64,000 bases of DNA from IMG/VR virus record IMGVR_UViG_2870282538_000006, positions 1-64,000 of that record, one strand, 5' to 3'. Shown in pieces: positions 20,152-29,777 of the stretch. Both the position numbers and the translations under genes were made by a program. The notes under the pieces were generated by a model. The model did no database searches. It saw nothing but the letters and a program-made list of their open reading frames with translations, and was not told the origin of the DNA. Numbering within the stretch: position 1 is the first letter of the stretch; each line of letters begins with the position of its first letter. The DNA is from a virus (lineage: Duplodnaviria > Caudoviricetes).

Positions 20152-20979
20152 TCAAATCTTAAAGGTTTTAATCTCAAACGTTTTATAGGTATCTACTTCA
20201 TTACCTGGTATCTCGTTTACACTCGGATACTTATCGTAGTCGTATGGATACCCAATACAGTTCATGTGAAAGCTTGTCCCCTCATGATTAAACTCAGTTT
20301 GCAAATGTTCATGCCCACAAATCCAATGTTTAGCGTTAATGAATGGCACATCGACCATATAACAGCTATTAGGTTCAAATGGAGAAAAAGGATTATGAAC
20401 AGGAGGGACGTGAGAAACAAACACATCGATGTGAGTTTTTTCGAGCGTTTCATACCAATCCATCGAACCTTTCCACATTGCTCTTACTCCATCTTCCTTA
20501 CTGTAACCATTAATGCTAATGTAATTTGAGTCATTAGAGACTCCTTTGAAGAAATCCCATCCTTCAATTCCTTTTGGCAAATACCACATAGCATCTCCTG
20601 CAAAGACTTTACCTTTGTATGTATCCGTTGACTTGACTAACGGAGTCACATTCTTCATGTCAGCAGCCTTTTTGATTAGATCATTCACCCTGCCTAATGA
20701 ATCAGAGTATTTTCTTTTTTGACTTTTACTGAGTAAATAAAGATCATGATTTCCATATGTGAAGTAAACCCTCTCGTACTGTTTTGCTACTTCATCTAAA
20801 ACCCAAATGGCTTGTTGATTCCATTCAGTAAAATCACCAGCAATGACCAATACCTCCCCATTACCGTTTGAGATCAACCTATTTACGATTTCCCTTGTTC
20901 GCTTCTCCCACTTGATCTGATTTACATTCCAAGGAATCCAATGATTGATATGGAGATCTGATACATAATCAATTTTCAT
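20152..20979 (-). CDS. calcineurin-like metallophosphoesterase (SPbeta YotB-like)
   Basis: SDLH, AGD, GNHD and GHEH motifs. Confidence 0.88.
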   Translation of the reverse strand: MKIDYVSDLHINHWIPWNVNQIKWEKRTREIVNRLISNGNGEVLVIAGDFTEWNQQAIWVLDEVAKQYERVYFTYGNHDLYLLSKSQKRKYSDSLGRVNDLIKKAADMKNVTPLVKSTDTYKGKVFAGDAMWYLPKGIEGWDFFKGVSNDSNYISINGYSKEDGVRAMWKGSMDWYETLEKTHIDVFVSHVPPVHNPFSPFEPNSCYMVDVPFINAKHWICGHEHLQTEFNHEGTSFHMNCIGYPYDYDKYPSVNEIPGNEVDTYKTFEIKTFKI

Positions 20980-21023
20980 TTGTCCCCCACCTTTCTTAAT
21001 GAAAAAATTTATTTCTTTGGCGT

Positions 21024-21052
21024 GTATAAATTAAAATAATCTCTCCATAATA
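21024..21052 (+). promoter_or_regulatory. sigma-G-type promoter of sspC
   Basis: GTATA-17-CATAATA. Confidence 0.6.
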
Positions 21053-21098
21053 TGATTCAAACAAGCTTGTTTTCATTAAACTTTAGGAGATGAATAAG

Positions 21099-21317
21099 AT
21101 GGCTCAACAAAGTAGATCAAGATCAAACAACAATAACGAGTTATTAATTCCTCAAGCAGCTTCAGCTATTGAACAAATGAAACTTGAAATAGCTTCTGAG
21201 TTTGGTGTTCAATTAGGGCCTGAGACTACTTCTCGTGCAAATGGATCAGTTGGTGGAGAAATCACTAAACGCCTTGTCCAACTGGCTCAACAACAAATGG
21301 GCGGTCAGTTTCATTAA
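21099..21317 (+). CDS. sspC: alpha/beta-type small acid-soluble spore protein
   Basis: [28 protein letters not shown]; [14 protein letters not shown]-terminus as in SPbeta SspC. Confidence 0.92.
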   Translation: MAQQSRSRSNNNNELLIPQAASAIEQMKLEIASEFGVQLGPETTSRANGSVGGEITKRLVQLAQQQMGGQFH

Positions 21318-21321
21318 TTTC

Positions 21322-21351
21322 AGGAGTGGCTTTAGCCGCTCCTTTTTATTT
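21322..21351 (+). terminator. sspC terminator
   Basis: AGGAGTGGC/GCCGCTCCT stem plus T tract. Confidence 0.7.
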
Positions 21352-21675
21352 CAAATAAAATTCCTTTTGCTCTTCCTTAGTCAGTACGTTATAGTCATCA
21401 TTCTCAAGAAAAAACATTGCTCCAAAACACTCCTGGTGAATGTCTACATCCATTGGAACCCATGTAGGAAAAGCAGTGACCTCATCCTCTTTGGTTCTTT
21501 CGGGGTAAAAAGCTTCTATAAACTCTTCTTCGTAATCACCACTACTGATTTTTTCTCTAATGGGAGACATATCGATAATGTTGTGAACTCTAAGAATACT
21601 TCCTGCCGGAAAATCTTCGCTTACATAGTTTAATAGTTGGATTAAATCACCCACATTTGCTTTCGCTTTTGTCAT
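21346..21675 (-). CDS. hypothetical protein
   Basis: 109 aa, GAGGTG RBS. Confidence 0.6.
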   Translation of the reverse strand: MTKAKANVGDLIQLLNYVSEDFPAGSILRVHNIIDMSPIREKISSGDYEEEFIEAFYPERTKEDEVTAFPTWVPMDVDIHQECFGAMFFLENDDYNVLTKEEQKEFYLK

Positions 21676-21716
21676 TCGTCCACCTCACTTGTTCCTTCAT
21701 ACTTGCCGGCTTCAGT

Positions 21717-22094
21717 TTAAAAGTCCCCTTCTTTTATGATGCTGTAGAACACCACATTAAGCATTAATGAAATTGACAAAATAGACCCAATAAAGGTATG
21801 AAATGCATTTGGCTGAGGGGCTCCAAAGACAAGTACTTCATGGTACCGCCAAATCAAGGCAATCACTAAATAGAAAAGATTATACAGCAGCAAACCTTTG
21901 AAAATATTGGACATTTTAAAAGGTCTCATTTTAATTTTCCTTACAGGATGATGACTTCCATTGGTTGAGTTATTTAATTTAATGATCAACGTAATGGGCA
22001 AAAAAGTAATTCTAAGCAGCTTCCCTTCATTCATTAAATAAGCTTCAAATCCAATATTCCAATTGAGTGGTGCAAATCCAAAGTATAAACGCAA
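21717..22094 (-). CDS. hypothetical membrane protein
   Basis: TTG start, AAGGGGG RBS, two C-terminal hydrophobic segments. Confidence 0.55.
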   Translation of the reverse strand: MRLYFGFAPLNWNIGFEAYLMNEGKLLRITFLPITLIIKLNNSTNGSHHPVRKIKMRPFKMSNIFKGLLLYNLFYLVIALIWRYHEVLVFGAPQPNAFHTFIGSILSISLMLNVVFYSIIKEGDF

Positions 22095-22114
22095 TTCTTT
22101 ACGCCCCCTTTGCC

Positions 22115-22369
22115 TTATTCTTGATTAAAAAATATCTCATTCATAAATTGATTGTTTTCTGCGTCTCTATTCTTAACTTGTGTTGATATACTCATCACAG
22201 CATCAGCTAATACAGCCGTATTAAAGTTTAATTGTTGCAATTTCATTTCAACATCATCAGGGATCTCTAATAAAAATGCTGCTGTTTTTAAAATATCCTT
22301 ATCTGAAATAGTGATTAATTTCTCTGAAATAATTCCTAATAAATCAGCTCTAATACTTTGAATATCTAT
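22115..22369 (-). CDS. 84-aa ORF with ATA at the start position
   Basis: GGAGGGG RBS 7 nt before ATA; open frame fills the gap. Confidence 0.45.
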   Translation of the reverse strand: MDIQSIRADLLGIISEKLITISDKDILKTAAFLLEIPDDVEMKLQQLNFNTAVLADAVMSISTQVKNRDAENNQFMNEIFFNQE

Positions 22370-22416
22370 TTTAATTCCCCTCCATTTTGCTACATAACCT
22401 GTTTCAGCCTATGCTT

Positions 22417-22653
22417 TTATTGTTGATCATCATATTCTTTATTTGTAATGGGTTCAATAAGTGCGGCCTCTACACCTAAATGTTTGGCCAATCCTTCCCT
22501 ATACTCCAAATGTATTCTTTCATACTGTTCATTATTTATATCTTGTTCAGGTTCAAGCTTTATTTCACAATAACAACATTCGTTGTTTCCTTGTTTATCC
22601 TGAGCCATTCCAACTCCCTCAGTGATGCGAAAACAAAACCTTGTTTTATTCAT
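22417..22653 (-). CDS. hypothetical protein
   Basis: 78 aa, AGGAGG RBS. Confidence 0.6.
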   Translation of the reverse strand: MNKTRFCFRITEGVGMAQDKQGNNECCYCEIKLEPEQDINNEQYERIHLEYREGLAKHLGVEAALIEPITNKEYDDQQ

Positions 22654-22683
22654 CTTTTTTCCTCCTGTTTTCTATGTTTAGAA

Positions 22684-22759
22684 AATGGCAGTCAGGTTGA
22701 ATCGGGTATAAACTACTTTTCCCTCCGCCAACTGCTCTAGCCAATTGAGCTACTGCCAT
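22684..22759 (-). ncRNA. tRNA-like element or degenerate tRNA
   Basis: Acceptor-like stem, U8A9 and canonical D-arm GCTC-AATTGGCTA-GAGC; no normal anticodon or T stem. Confidence 0.45.
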
Positions 22760-22843
22760 TATTGTTTTTTGTAGCAGTTTGCATCTGCAATCCTTTCCTA
22801 ACGATTTACAGGGTTCGTTTCAAAGGACGAAAGTCAACATATC

Positions 22844-22921
22844 CCTGACCAACAGGAGAGGAAAAAAGGAGGTATAAGTGTGACAAATTGGACATTGAAA
22901 AAACCTCTCCTGCTGGTCAGG
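22844..22921 (-). ncRNA. 18-bp stem with 42-nt anti-Shine-Dalgarno loop
   Basis: G-U pair on the minus strand; loop contains ACCUCCUUUUUU. Confidence 0.45.
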
Positions 22922-22985
22922 AAGCACGATCTAAATAGAATCGTGCAACACCTGAGTCGCATTTGTGTAAAACGGATAAAATAGA

Positions 22986-23201
22986 TTATTCTCCGCCGGT
23001 TAAGTCATTAAACACAGTTGTGTTTCCACCACTATAGTATTCAGGTTTCTTGCCTTCATCAGTTTGCTTTGAGCCGGCATTAGCAAGAGATACTTCTAGT
23101 TCATGTGTTACATCAACGCAGCTCTCCCCTGTTCCATTAACAACCTCCATTTTAGTTTCTCCACCAGGCTTTACTGTGAATTTGACTTCTGTTCTTTCCA
23201 T
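22986..23201 (-). CDS. DUF2997-like protein
   Basis: G.T.MEV..G.GESC...T..LE..L and KPEYY pattern. Confidence 0.75.
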   Translation of the reverse strand: MERTEVKFTVKPGGETKMEVVNGTGESCVDVTHELEVSLANAGSKQTDEGKKPEYYSGGNTTVFNDLTGGE

Positions 23202-23214
23202 GTTGCATTCCTCC

Positions 23215-23490
23215 TTATTTCACTTTTTTTGCGTCTAATTTTTTACTTTCGAAATATAGCCAAGCACTAAAAATTATACTTGAAGCAAGGTTAGCTAAGC
23301 CTGCCAATGAAGACTGAAATCCAAAAAGATGCACAAACAGCCAACTAACTGCCAATCCGTAAAATAAACTAATTCCCCACCCTAAATAGGGAATTTTAAA
23401 AAGTTTAGCGAGTGCTTTGCGAATTTTGTAAACTGGTCCGATAGTGGCCGCACTAGCAATACCTGTGTACATTGAAAATTCAAAAACCAT
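23215..23490 (-). CDS. small membrane protein
   Basis: 2-3 hydrophobic helices. Confidence 0.65.
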   Translation of the reverse strand: MVFEFSMYTGIASAATIGPVYKIRKALAKLFKIPYLGWGISLFYGLAVSWLFVHLFGFQSSLAGLANLASSIIFSAWLYFESKKLDAKKVK

Positions 23491-23550
23491 ATTAATGACA
23501 TCTCCTTTTAAGTATGTAGAGGATTCAAGAGAATCCTCATTTTCTAATCA

Positions 23551-23931
23551 TTAGAAAGAAGTCGCAAAAATCTCGATTTCTCCTTTTTCATTGACTGTGA
23601 TTTCATCTTCGTTTACATTCCAACGATTTTCTTCACAGACATCTAAAATCTGATATTTTGAATGCAGCTGAGAAATTTTTTCAGTAAACTCTAGTTCAGA
23701 GAAAGGAACTTTAAACCAATCGGCCTGCAAATTAAGTTCTTCATTTTCCCTTACCCATCCAAGTGGAAGGACTCTTCCGTCTCGAACAACGGCGAGCTCT
23801 GCCTGGCGCTTTTGGCCATAGTAATCTACAATTTGAGTATTTTCTGTGTAATCAAGGCCCATTTCATGAAGCCCCTTTTTTACATACTCCATATTGGAGA
23901 CATTGCAAGAATAAACTTTAAAGTGTGACAT
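23551..23931 (-). CDS. DUF1257/Ycf35-like protein
   Basis: MSHF start, DYYGQ, ADW; adjacent to AAA ATPase and DUF2997. Confidence 0.75.
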   Translation of the reverse strand: MSHFKVYSCNVSNMEYVKKGLHEMGLDYTENTQIVDYYGQKRQAELAVVRDGRVLPLGWVRENEELNLQADWFKVPFSELEFTEKISQLHSKYQILDVCEENRWNVNEDEITVNEKGEIEIFATSF

Positions 23932-23999
23932 GTTTTCATCTTTCCTTTCAAAAAAGATATTTATAATAAAAGAGAAGTCATCCCTTTATTATTGAAGTT

Positions 24000-24395
24000 T
24001 TATTCTGATGTAGGTGGTGTAACAATATACACTTGTGCTACTTTTCTCAAGAGATCCATTCTTTTTTCCTGAGCTAACCTAAGTTGATTAAATGTCTCCT
24101 TGGGCATAGCTTGTATTTCTTCATCAGAGTAATTTTTCTCAATCAGATGCTTCAGATCTTTCAAGGAGTTATCAGTGTATTTTCTGAATGGATCTTTAAT
24201 CATTTCCTGATAAACTTGAAGATGGCTCACTCTCGAGAGAAACCTATTTAATTCTTCCTGGAACTCATCAACCTCGCCTAAAGCAAAGGAAATGGCTCTT
24301 GCAAAGTTTTGTTTTTTGGTGAAGTGATTTTCTTGTTGTGAGCTTTGCTTTATCCATGAAAGCACTTTTTGCTTCTCTTCAGCTTTGTTGTACAT
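24000..24395 (-). CDS. hypothetical protein
   Basis: 131 aa, abuts the AAA gene. Confidence 0.65.
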   Translation of the reverse strand: MYNKAEEKQKVLSWIKQSSQQENHFTKKQNFARAISFALGEVDEFQEELNRFLSRVSHLQVYQEMIKDPFRKYTDNSLKDLKHLIEKNYSDEEIQAMPKETFNQLRLAQEKRMDLLRKVAQVYIVTPPTSE

Positions 24396-26069
24396 TTATT
24401 CACCTCTTGTTTCATTAAAATCTAACTGATCAAAAGGGTTACTTGGCGTATCTATGGTAAACAATGAAGAATCAGTATCCTGCTTTCCATGAATAAGTTG
24501 ATGCTCCTCGTTTGAAGCACATTTAGCAGAATGTTTTGCCCAATCACGAAGCTCTTGCAATAATGCAGGATTTCTTTTTGATAATGGAACAATTCTTTCA
24601 ATTTGTTTTAAGATGTGTTCTTCTGTCATGTAATGCGTTTCACGATTGCCTTTTCGAAAATCAGCATATGCTCGTCTTCCGGCTTCTGCAATTACTTGTT
24701 CAATTTCAGCGCCTGTAAAGTCCTTAGATTTACTGGCCAAACGTGAAATCTGTTCTTCTGTAAATTCGTTAGACTTTCGGTCCATGTCATCAGAGATATT
24801 GTATCCTCTTTTTAATAAATGAATTTTGAAGATATCTTCTCTTTCTGATTGCGCTGGTAATGAAACAAAAAAGATCTCATCAAATCGCCCAGCACGAGTC
24901 AATTCAGCAGGTAGCTTTGTAATGTCGTTTGCAGTTGCAATAACAAATACTGGAGCATCTTTATCAGATAACCAGGTTAATAGCGACTGAATAACACGTG
25001 AAGTTGTACCACCGTCTGATCGGTCCGATGAACTCATGCCTGATAGCGCCTTTTCGAACTCATCGATCCAAAGCACACAAGGAGAAACATCTTCAGCTAG
25101 CTTTAATGCTCGATCGATATTCTTTTCAGACTGTCCAACTTTAGAATCCATAATATCACTCATATTCATTTTCAGTAACGGGAGGTTCCACATATGAGCT
25201 ACAGATTTTGCAACAAGTGATTTACCCGTTCCAGGAAATCCGGCAGCCACACATCCACGGACAGGATCTACACCATAGGTTTTTGCTTCATGATCAAATG
25301 CATATCTTGCGTCATTAAACCAATCTTTTAAGATATCCATTCCACCAACATGATCCATATTGCCAAGCTTGGTGACATATTCAAGCAACCCTGTTTTTTT
25401 AATTACTTGCTCTTTCTCTGCGATAATTTCCTCTAAAACAATTTTTCGATGTTTGGTAGCTGATTTTTTCAAGACGTTTTGGATCTCATTGCTAGTCATC
25501 CCAATTAAAGCATTAATAATTGCAACTCGTTCACGGCCATCTGGAACTTCGAGCCCCTTATTTTTAAGAGTATTTTCAATTGCTTTTAAATTTTCCTCGA
25601 CTTGATCTCGACTCGGCAGCTCGTATGTAACAACAGTGATGAGCTTTTCGAGTTCCATTGGAATATTAAGTTGAGGTGTTACCAATATAATTGGCTTATA
25701 TGAGTTGGTTTTCTTTTCAAGTAGATCCCGCAGCCGCCTTTTGGCTTGGAACTGATTCCACATATCATGAAAATCTTTGAGGACAAAAACAGCCTTTACA
25801 TACTCTTCGTCTTTCCTATATTTCTCAATGAAGTCTAGCAGTTTAACCGGATCATAAATATTTTGAACCTTCTCGCCAGTTTTCATATCAGTTAGTCCAT
25901 CTGTAATTGACCATACAAAGCCTTCCATACTTTTTTCATCGAGTATATTCCGTAAATCCTCTTGGAACCGCTCTTCTTCATATGTGTTAATTAGTATAGA
26001 TTTTCTTCTAGAATTCATTAGGGTTAAAACTTCATCCATTCCGGTCATGTTTTTTTCCAGTGTAGACAC
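24396..26069 (-). CDS. Ycf46-family AAA+ ATPase
   Basis: TYEEER, LKDFH, GFPGTGKS, LWIDE, ATAN, RAGRFDE. Confidence 0.88.
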   Translation of the reverse strand: MSTLEKNMTGMDEVLTLMNSRRKSILINTYEEERFQEDLRNILDEKSMEGFVWSITDGLTDMKTGEKVQNIYDPVKLLDFIEKYRKDEEYVKAVFVLKDFHDMWNQFQAKRRLRDLLEKKTNSYKPIILVTPQLNIPMELEKLITVVTYELPSRDQVEENLKAIENTLKNKGLEVPDGRERVAIINALIGMTSNEIQNVLKKSATKHRKIVLEEIIAEKEQVIKKTGLLEYVTKLGNMDHVGGMDILKDWFNDARYAFDHEAKTYGVDPVRGCVAAGFPGTGKSLVAKSVAHMWNLPLLKMNMSDIMDSKVGQSEKNIDRALKLAEDVSPCVLWIDEFEKALSGMSSSDRSDGGTTSRVIQSLLTWLSDKDAPVFVIATANDITKLPAELTRAGRFDEIFFVSLPAQSEREDIFKIHLLKRGYNISDDMDRKSNEFTEEQISRLASKSKDFTGAEIEQVIAEAGRRAYADFRKGNRETHYMTEEHILKQIERIVPLSKRNPALLQELRDWAKHSAKCASNEEHQLIHGKQDTDSSLFTIDTPSNPFDQLDFNETRGE

Positions 26070-26193
26070 AATTATGCCCTCCTTAGTTCATTTAGAAGTT
26101 TCTCAGATTATGTGATTAAAGCTAGACAATTTCTAGCTGTTCTTCGTAATACTGATTTGTCTCATTCTCTTCAAACTCAATAGTAAAGGACAA

Positions 26194-26553
26194 CTAAGCT
26201 CTAAGCACTTTATAAGCAGCACCTAATGCATCGCCCATTGCATAAGTCTCAGGGATTAGATATTTAAATTTATCGTGCAGTTCTCTGTCCGCATAATATA
26301 AAGATCTCCAAATGTCCTCTCTTCCTGACAGGTGCTCCCCCATTAAATTTTTACTATAGTCAGCTTGAAATTCTTTATATGCAGGGTTTCTGAACATCCC
26401 CCATATCTTTGTAATGTGTCTCCTATGATGCCAGGCAGTATAAGTTTCAACAATTAACATCGCTAGTGCCTTGTTTTCACTGCACTTCGCAATTAAATCT
26501 TTTTTAAATGCAAGTCTGACCTTTTTGTATTTTCGTTTGATTATTTTACTCAT
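26194..26553 (-). CDS. hypothetical phage protein
   Basis: 119-aa ORF. Confidence 0.6.
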   Translation of the reverse strand: MSKIIKRKYKKVRLAFKKDLIAKCSENKALAMLIVETYTAWHHRRHITKIWGMFRNPAYKEFQADYSKNLMGEHLSGREDIWRSLYYADRELHDKFKYLIPETYAMGDALGAAYKVLRA

Positions 26554-26571
26554 CCGCTCATTCTTCCCTTA

Positions 26572-27324
26572 TCAAGAATATGAAAGCTCTGGCATTGCTT
26601 CTGGTGTCACTACATCTTCACCGAATTTATCATCTAGGATTATTTTTGTGAAATTTTGTCTAATCTTCATTAGCAAAATATCGAACTCATTTAAATGACG
26701 TAATGAATTAATATTATAAATGGGATGATCATAGGTAATAGTCCATGCTTCTCCATCAACATCCTTAGATCTAATAATTCTAAATTCTGCATTCACTTTT
26801 TCATCATGCTCACATTCGAACACAACCGTAGCATGGTCTATTGAACTCCATGATGGACTTTCATTTATGATAACCTCAAAGCTGACTTCCACGTTTTCAT
26901 ATGTAGGCTCGTCGCTGTCGTAATCAATATCAAGGTCATCAGTTTCGATCTCTTTTGCAACTTGTTTTTTCCATGACTCAAAAATATTAGAAAGTTTTAT
27001 TGTCTTATCAGCTTCTTCTTCGATCATAAGTTCTTTAAAGTTCTCAAGCAGTCGCTTGTTTTCCAACGCTGAGCTTTTCAGTATCTCAACCAATACAGAG
27101 TCTAACTTAATGATGTACTCACTGTAGTCATATTTCTCTAGATAAGGAATCATTACTGATTTAACTTTTTCCTCAATAATTTTTGTGAGATCGCCGTATG
27201 AACGGAATAGATTTCCTACTGCATTTGTTACACCGTTCACCAATTCTTTTTCTACTATTTCTTCAACAGTTCCATCCTGCATTTTTTTGCTGATAACATC
27301 TTTAATGCTGTTTTCAAGATTCAT
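26572..27324 (-). CDS. conserved Firmicutes phage protein
   Basis: 250 aa; ATGA coupling. Confidence 0.7.
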   Translation of the reverse strand: MNLENSIKDVISKKMQDGTVEEIVEKELVNGVTNAVGNLFRSYGDLTKIIEEKVKSVMIPYLEKYDYSEYIIKLDSVLVEILKSSALENKRLLENFKELMIEEEADKTIKLSNIFESWKKQVAKEIETDDLDIDYDSDEPTYENVEVSFEVIINESPSWSSIDHATVVFECEHDEKVNAEFRIIRSKDVDGEAWTITYDHPIYNINSLRHLNEFDILLMKIRQNFTKIILDDKFGEDVVTPEAMPELSYS

Positions 27325-27578
27325 TGTTTTCTCTCCTTTGTTAGCTTAATTTCTTTTAATCGCAAAATCTGTAGTTCATGCTCTAAAATATATGCAGCCA
27401 AATCAGAAAGAAATAAGCATTCACTTTCACTTCTTGATTCTGTGAACTTTGCAACAAAAGACAGCGTCATTACTTTTTTTCTGTGCTTTTTAGACATATC
27501 TCTTGCTCTTCTTAGCTTTCTAAGCTTCTTATACCTATTGATTCTCTTTTTTAAAAAGAACTTATCTACACTATTCAT
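27321..27578 (-). CDS. basic hypothetical protein
   Basis: ATGA-coupled ORF. Confidence 0.55.
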   Translation of the reverse strand: MNSVDKFFLKKRINRYKKLRKLRRARDMSKKHRKKVMTLSFVAKFTESRSESECLFLSDLAAYILEHELQILRLKEIKLTKERKQ

Positions 27579-27829
27579 ACAAATCTCTCTTTGCTCATTG
27601 TGCTTCTATGAAAGCGAGCATACCATTCATAATCCTCTTCTGTAGCTTCCAGTAAACTAATTTCTTCTTTAAGACGTTTAACTTGCCCGCTTTGAGTCCA
27701 TCCTTCTTGCTCCATTTCGGCTACATGATAATCTCTTGCTGTTTTACTATGGTAAATGAACTCTTGTACTTCATATCCGTTGACTTGTCTCATGTTTTTC
27801 ACCTTCAATTCGTTTGGGTTCTGGACCAA
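27575..27829 (-). CDS. hypothetical protein
   Basis: ORF in operon; start may be MRQVN. Confidence 0.55.
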   Translation of the reverse strand: MVQNPNELKVKNMRQVNGYEVQEFIYHSKTARDYHVAEMEQEGWTQSGQVKRLKEEISLLEATEEDYEWYARFHRSTMSKERFV

Positions 27830-28043
27830 TCCTTAATGCAATCCTATACATAAATAGACCTTCTTTGCTAATCCATATAGGAATGCGTCTTTTCTTCCCT
27901 TTTTGACACCAATTTGAACTACCTAAAGCGATTAGCAAACGAAATTTCAATATTCCAATATAGAGACACTTTATTATTCCACCGGATGTGTCTTTATCAT
28001 GCCGAATAATGTACAAAAGTTCATCTCCTTTTTTTATCATCAA
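27771..28043 (-). CDS. hypothetical protein
   Basis: ORF in operon; start uncertain. Confidence 0.45.
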   Translation of the reverse strand: MMIKKGDELLYIIRHDKDTSGGIIKCLYIGILKFRLLIALGSSNWCQKGKKRRIPIWISKEGLFMYRIALRIGPEPKRIEGEKHETSQRI

Positions 28044-28046
28044 AAA

Positions 28047-28934
28047 TTAAAAATCAAACTCGATGTCAGAGAATTGCTTTTCAAGTTGTTCCTGCTTTTG
28101 CTTAGCTTTACTGGCTTCTAAAATCGCTAGCCGGCTTGCTCTAAATTTATCAGATTCTAATTCGCTCAGAATATCACCTGATTCGTTATTTGCACCAAGT
28201 TTTAGCTTCTGTTCCTGTGCTTCTTTTACAGTCTCATAATAAGAATGAGTTACATCAAAAGCCTCCGTAACAAGCTGAAACTTATTTATACTGAGATTAT
28301 TATTTGTAATCTCGATCTTAGATTGATCTGTATTCATAAAAGAATAAATATATTGACGGTCTAGTGAGTAATAAGAAAATTCATAGCGATCTAATTGCTG
28401 TAGATCCTCCATGGATCTTCCGTAAAGAATAACATCTTTTACGGTTAAAAGGTTTGAATAAGCGTTTCCTGGATACAAGTAAGAAACAGATTCAAATGTC
28501 CCTACTTCTTGGTTTGTTTTTGTGTCACGAATTATGCCAATGCCATTATTGATCGCATAATCAGGACCTTCCATAGCATAATGTCGATCCTCTTTAAAGG
28601 CTTTCTCTATATAACCATTAATCAGCTGTTGAATACTTGCTCTGAACTCACTTTCATCTTCAAGCCTGTGACTTTTCACATTATTAAGCGCATTGAAAAG
28701 CATCTCCTCAAATCGCTGAAGTATAAATCTCATGCAAATATCCATTCCAATATCGGCACTTTTAGCGTGCAGAAGAACCTCTTCGGAATCTTTATCAGCA
28801 CTGAGGGATAATTCAACTTTAATTATCTTGTCTGTTAACATGTCCGTAAGAAATTGAGGATCAATTGAAATTCTATCTACAAGATTTAAGTCAACATGAT
28901 CATTTTCATTGGTCTTTGGATTTAATACCGGCAT
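28047..28934 (-). CDS. hypothetical protein
   Basis: 295 aa, GGAGG RBS. Confidence 0.7.
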   Translation of the reverse strand: MPVLNPKTNENDHVDLNLVDRISIDPQFLTDMLTDKIIKVELSLSADKDSEEVLLHAKSADIGMDICMRFILQRFEEMLFNALNNVKSHRLEDESEFRASIQQLINGYIEKAFKEDRHYAMEGPDYAINNGIGIIRDTKTNQEVGTFESVSYLYPGNAYSNLLTVKDVILYGRSMEDLQQLDRYEFSYYSLDRQYIYSFMNTDQSKIEITNNNLSINKFQLVTEAFDVTHSYYETVKEAQEQKLKLGANNESGDILSELESDKFRASRLAILEASKAKQKQEQLEKQFSDIEFDF

Positions 28935-28961
28935 CTATTTAACCTCCCAGTATGTGCTTTT

Positions 28962-29777
28962 TTATTCTTTAGTTTTGCTCATAAATTTCTCTCTATTTTT
29001 ATATCGCAGAGAACACAACCTCCCACAGTAATCCTGATTATCAATTGTTTTGCCGCAGCATTTGCAATGACTCCCATCAGCACGTTGTTTATTGTATTCA
29101 TCTGCTGCAATGTACTTAAACGTCCCGCTTTTAATTGATTCAGGTCCAAAAATCACTCTTTGATTTGCTGAGCCAATGAACCATCCATCATGCATATATT
29201 GATCACTTGTAAGCCGTTTGTCTTGCTGATAATCTCCATCAACAATCATATCAATATGTTTCATGAGTTCAGTAACCTCTTCGGGAGTTAGAAGTGTAAA
29301 TATCACTTTTGAGGGATTATGATTCTCATCATATTCTAAAGTTAGTGAGTCACTAGCATAATCAATCAAATGATGATACATGGCGTCTCCATGTTTTTTT
29401 CGAATCCAAGTAAAATAAAGACCGTATTTCATCAGAGTATCTAACTTATATGCTGTATACATTACAAAATGAAAAGTGTGATCAATTTCTTTCAATTGCC
29501 TTGCCACTTGAGATAATGCTTTTGCTTGAAGTATCGGTTCACCTCCACAAAAAGTGACCTGTCGATTCCAGGCATCCCTATCACATATTTCAATCACTTC
29601 TTCAATAGTTAGATTGCGAGACAAACCTTCAAACGTCCATGTAGACTCATTAAAACAACCAAAACAAGGTGCAACTACTCCTCTAATGCAGCCTTTAGTA
29701 AAGAATTCTAGGCGTTTACCAGGACCAGCTGTAGTAGTATCTTTATTAACACCCATAAATCGAATTAAATTGGTCAT
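28962..29777 (-). CDS. radical SAM / NrdG-like 4Fe-4S protein
   Basis: GPGKR, C-x7-CxxC, GGEP, VDGDY, GSANQR. Confidence 0.8.
   Translation of the reverse strand: MTNLIRFMGVNKDTTTAGPGKRLEFFTKGCIRGVVAPCFGCFNESTWTFEGLSRNLTIEEVIEICDRDAWNRQVTFCGGEPILQAKALSQVARQLKEIDHTFHFVMYTAYKLDTLMKYGLYFTWIRKKHGDAMYHHLIDYASDSLTLEYDENHNPSKVIFTLLTPEEVTELMKHIDMIVDGDYQQDKRLTSDQYMHDGWFIGSANQRVIFGPESIKSGTFKYIAADEYNKQRADGSHCKCCGKTIDNQDYCGRLCSLRYKNREKFMSKTKE

Noticed and set aside
22684-22759. Functional canonical tRNA
   Set aside because: No paired anticodon stem and no GTTC T-arm
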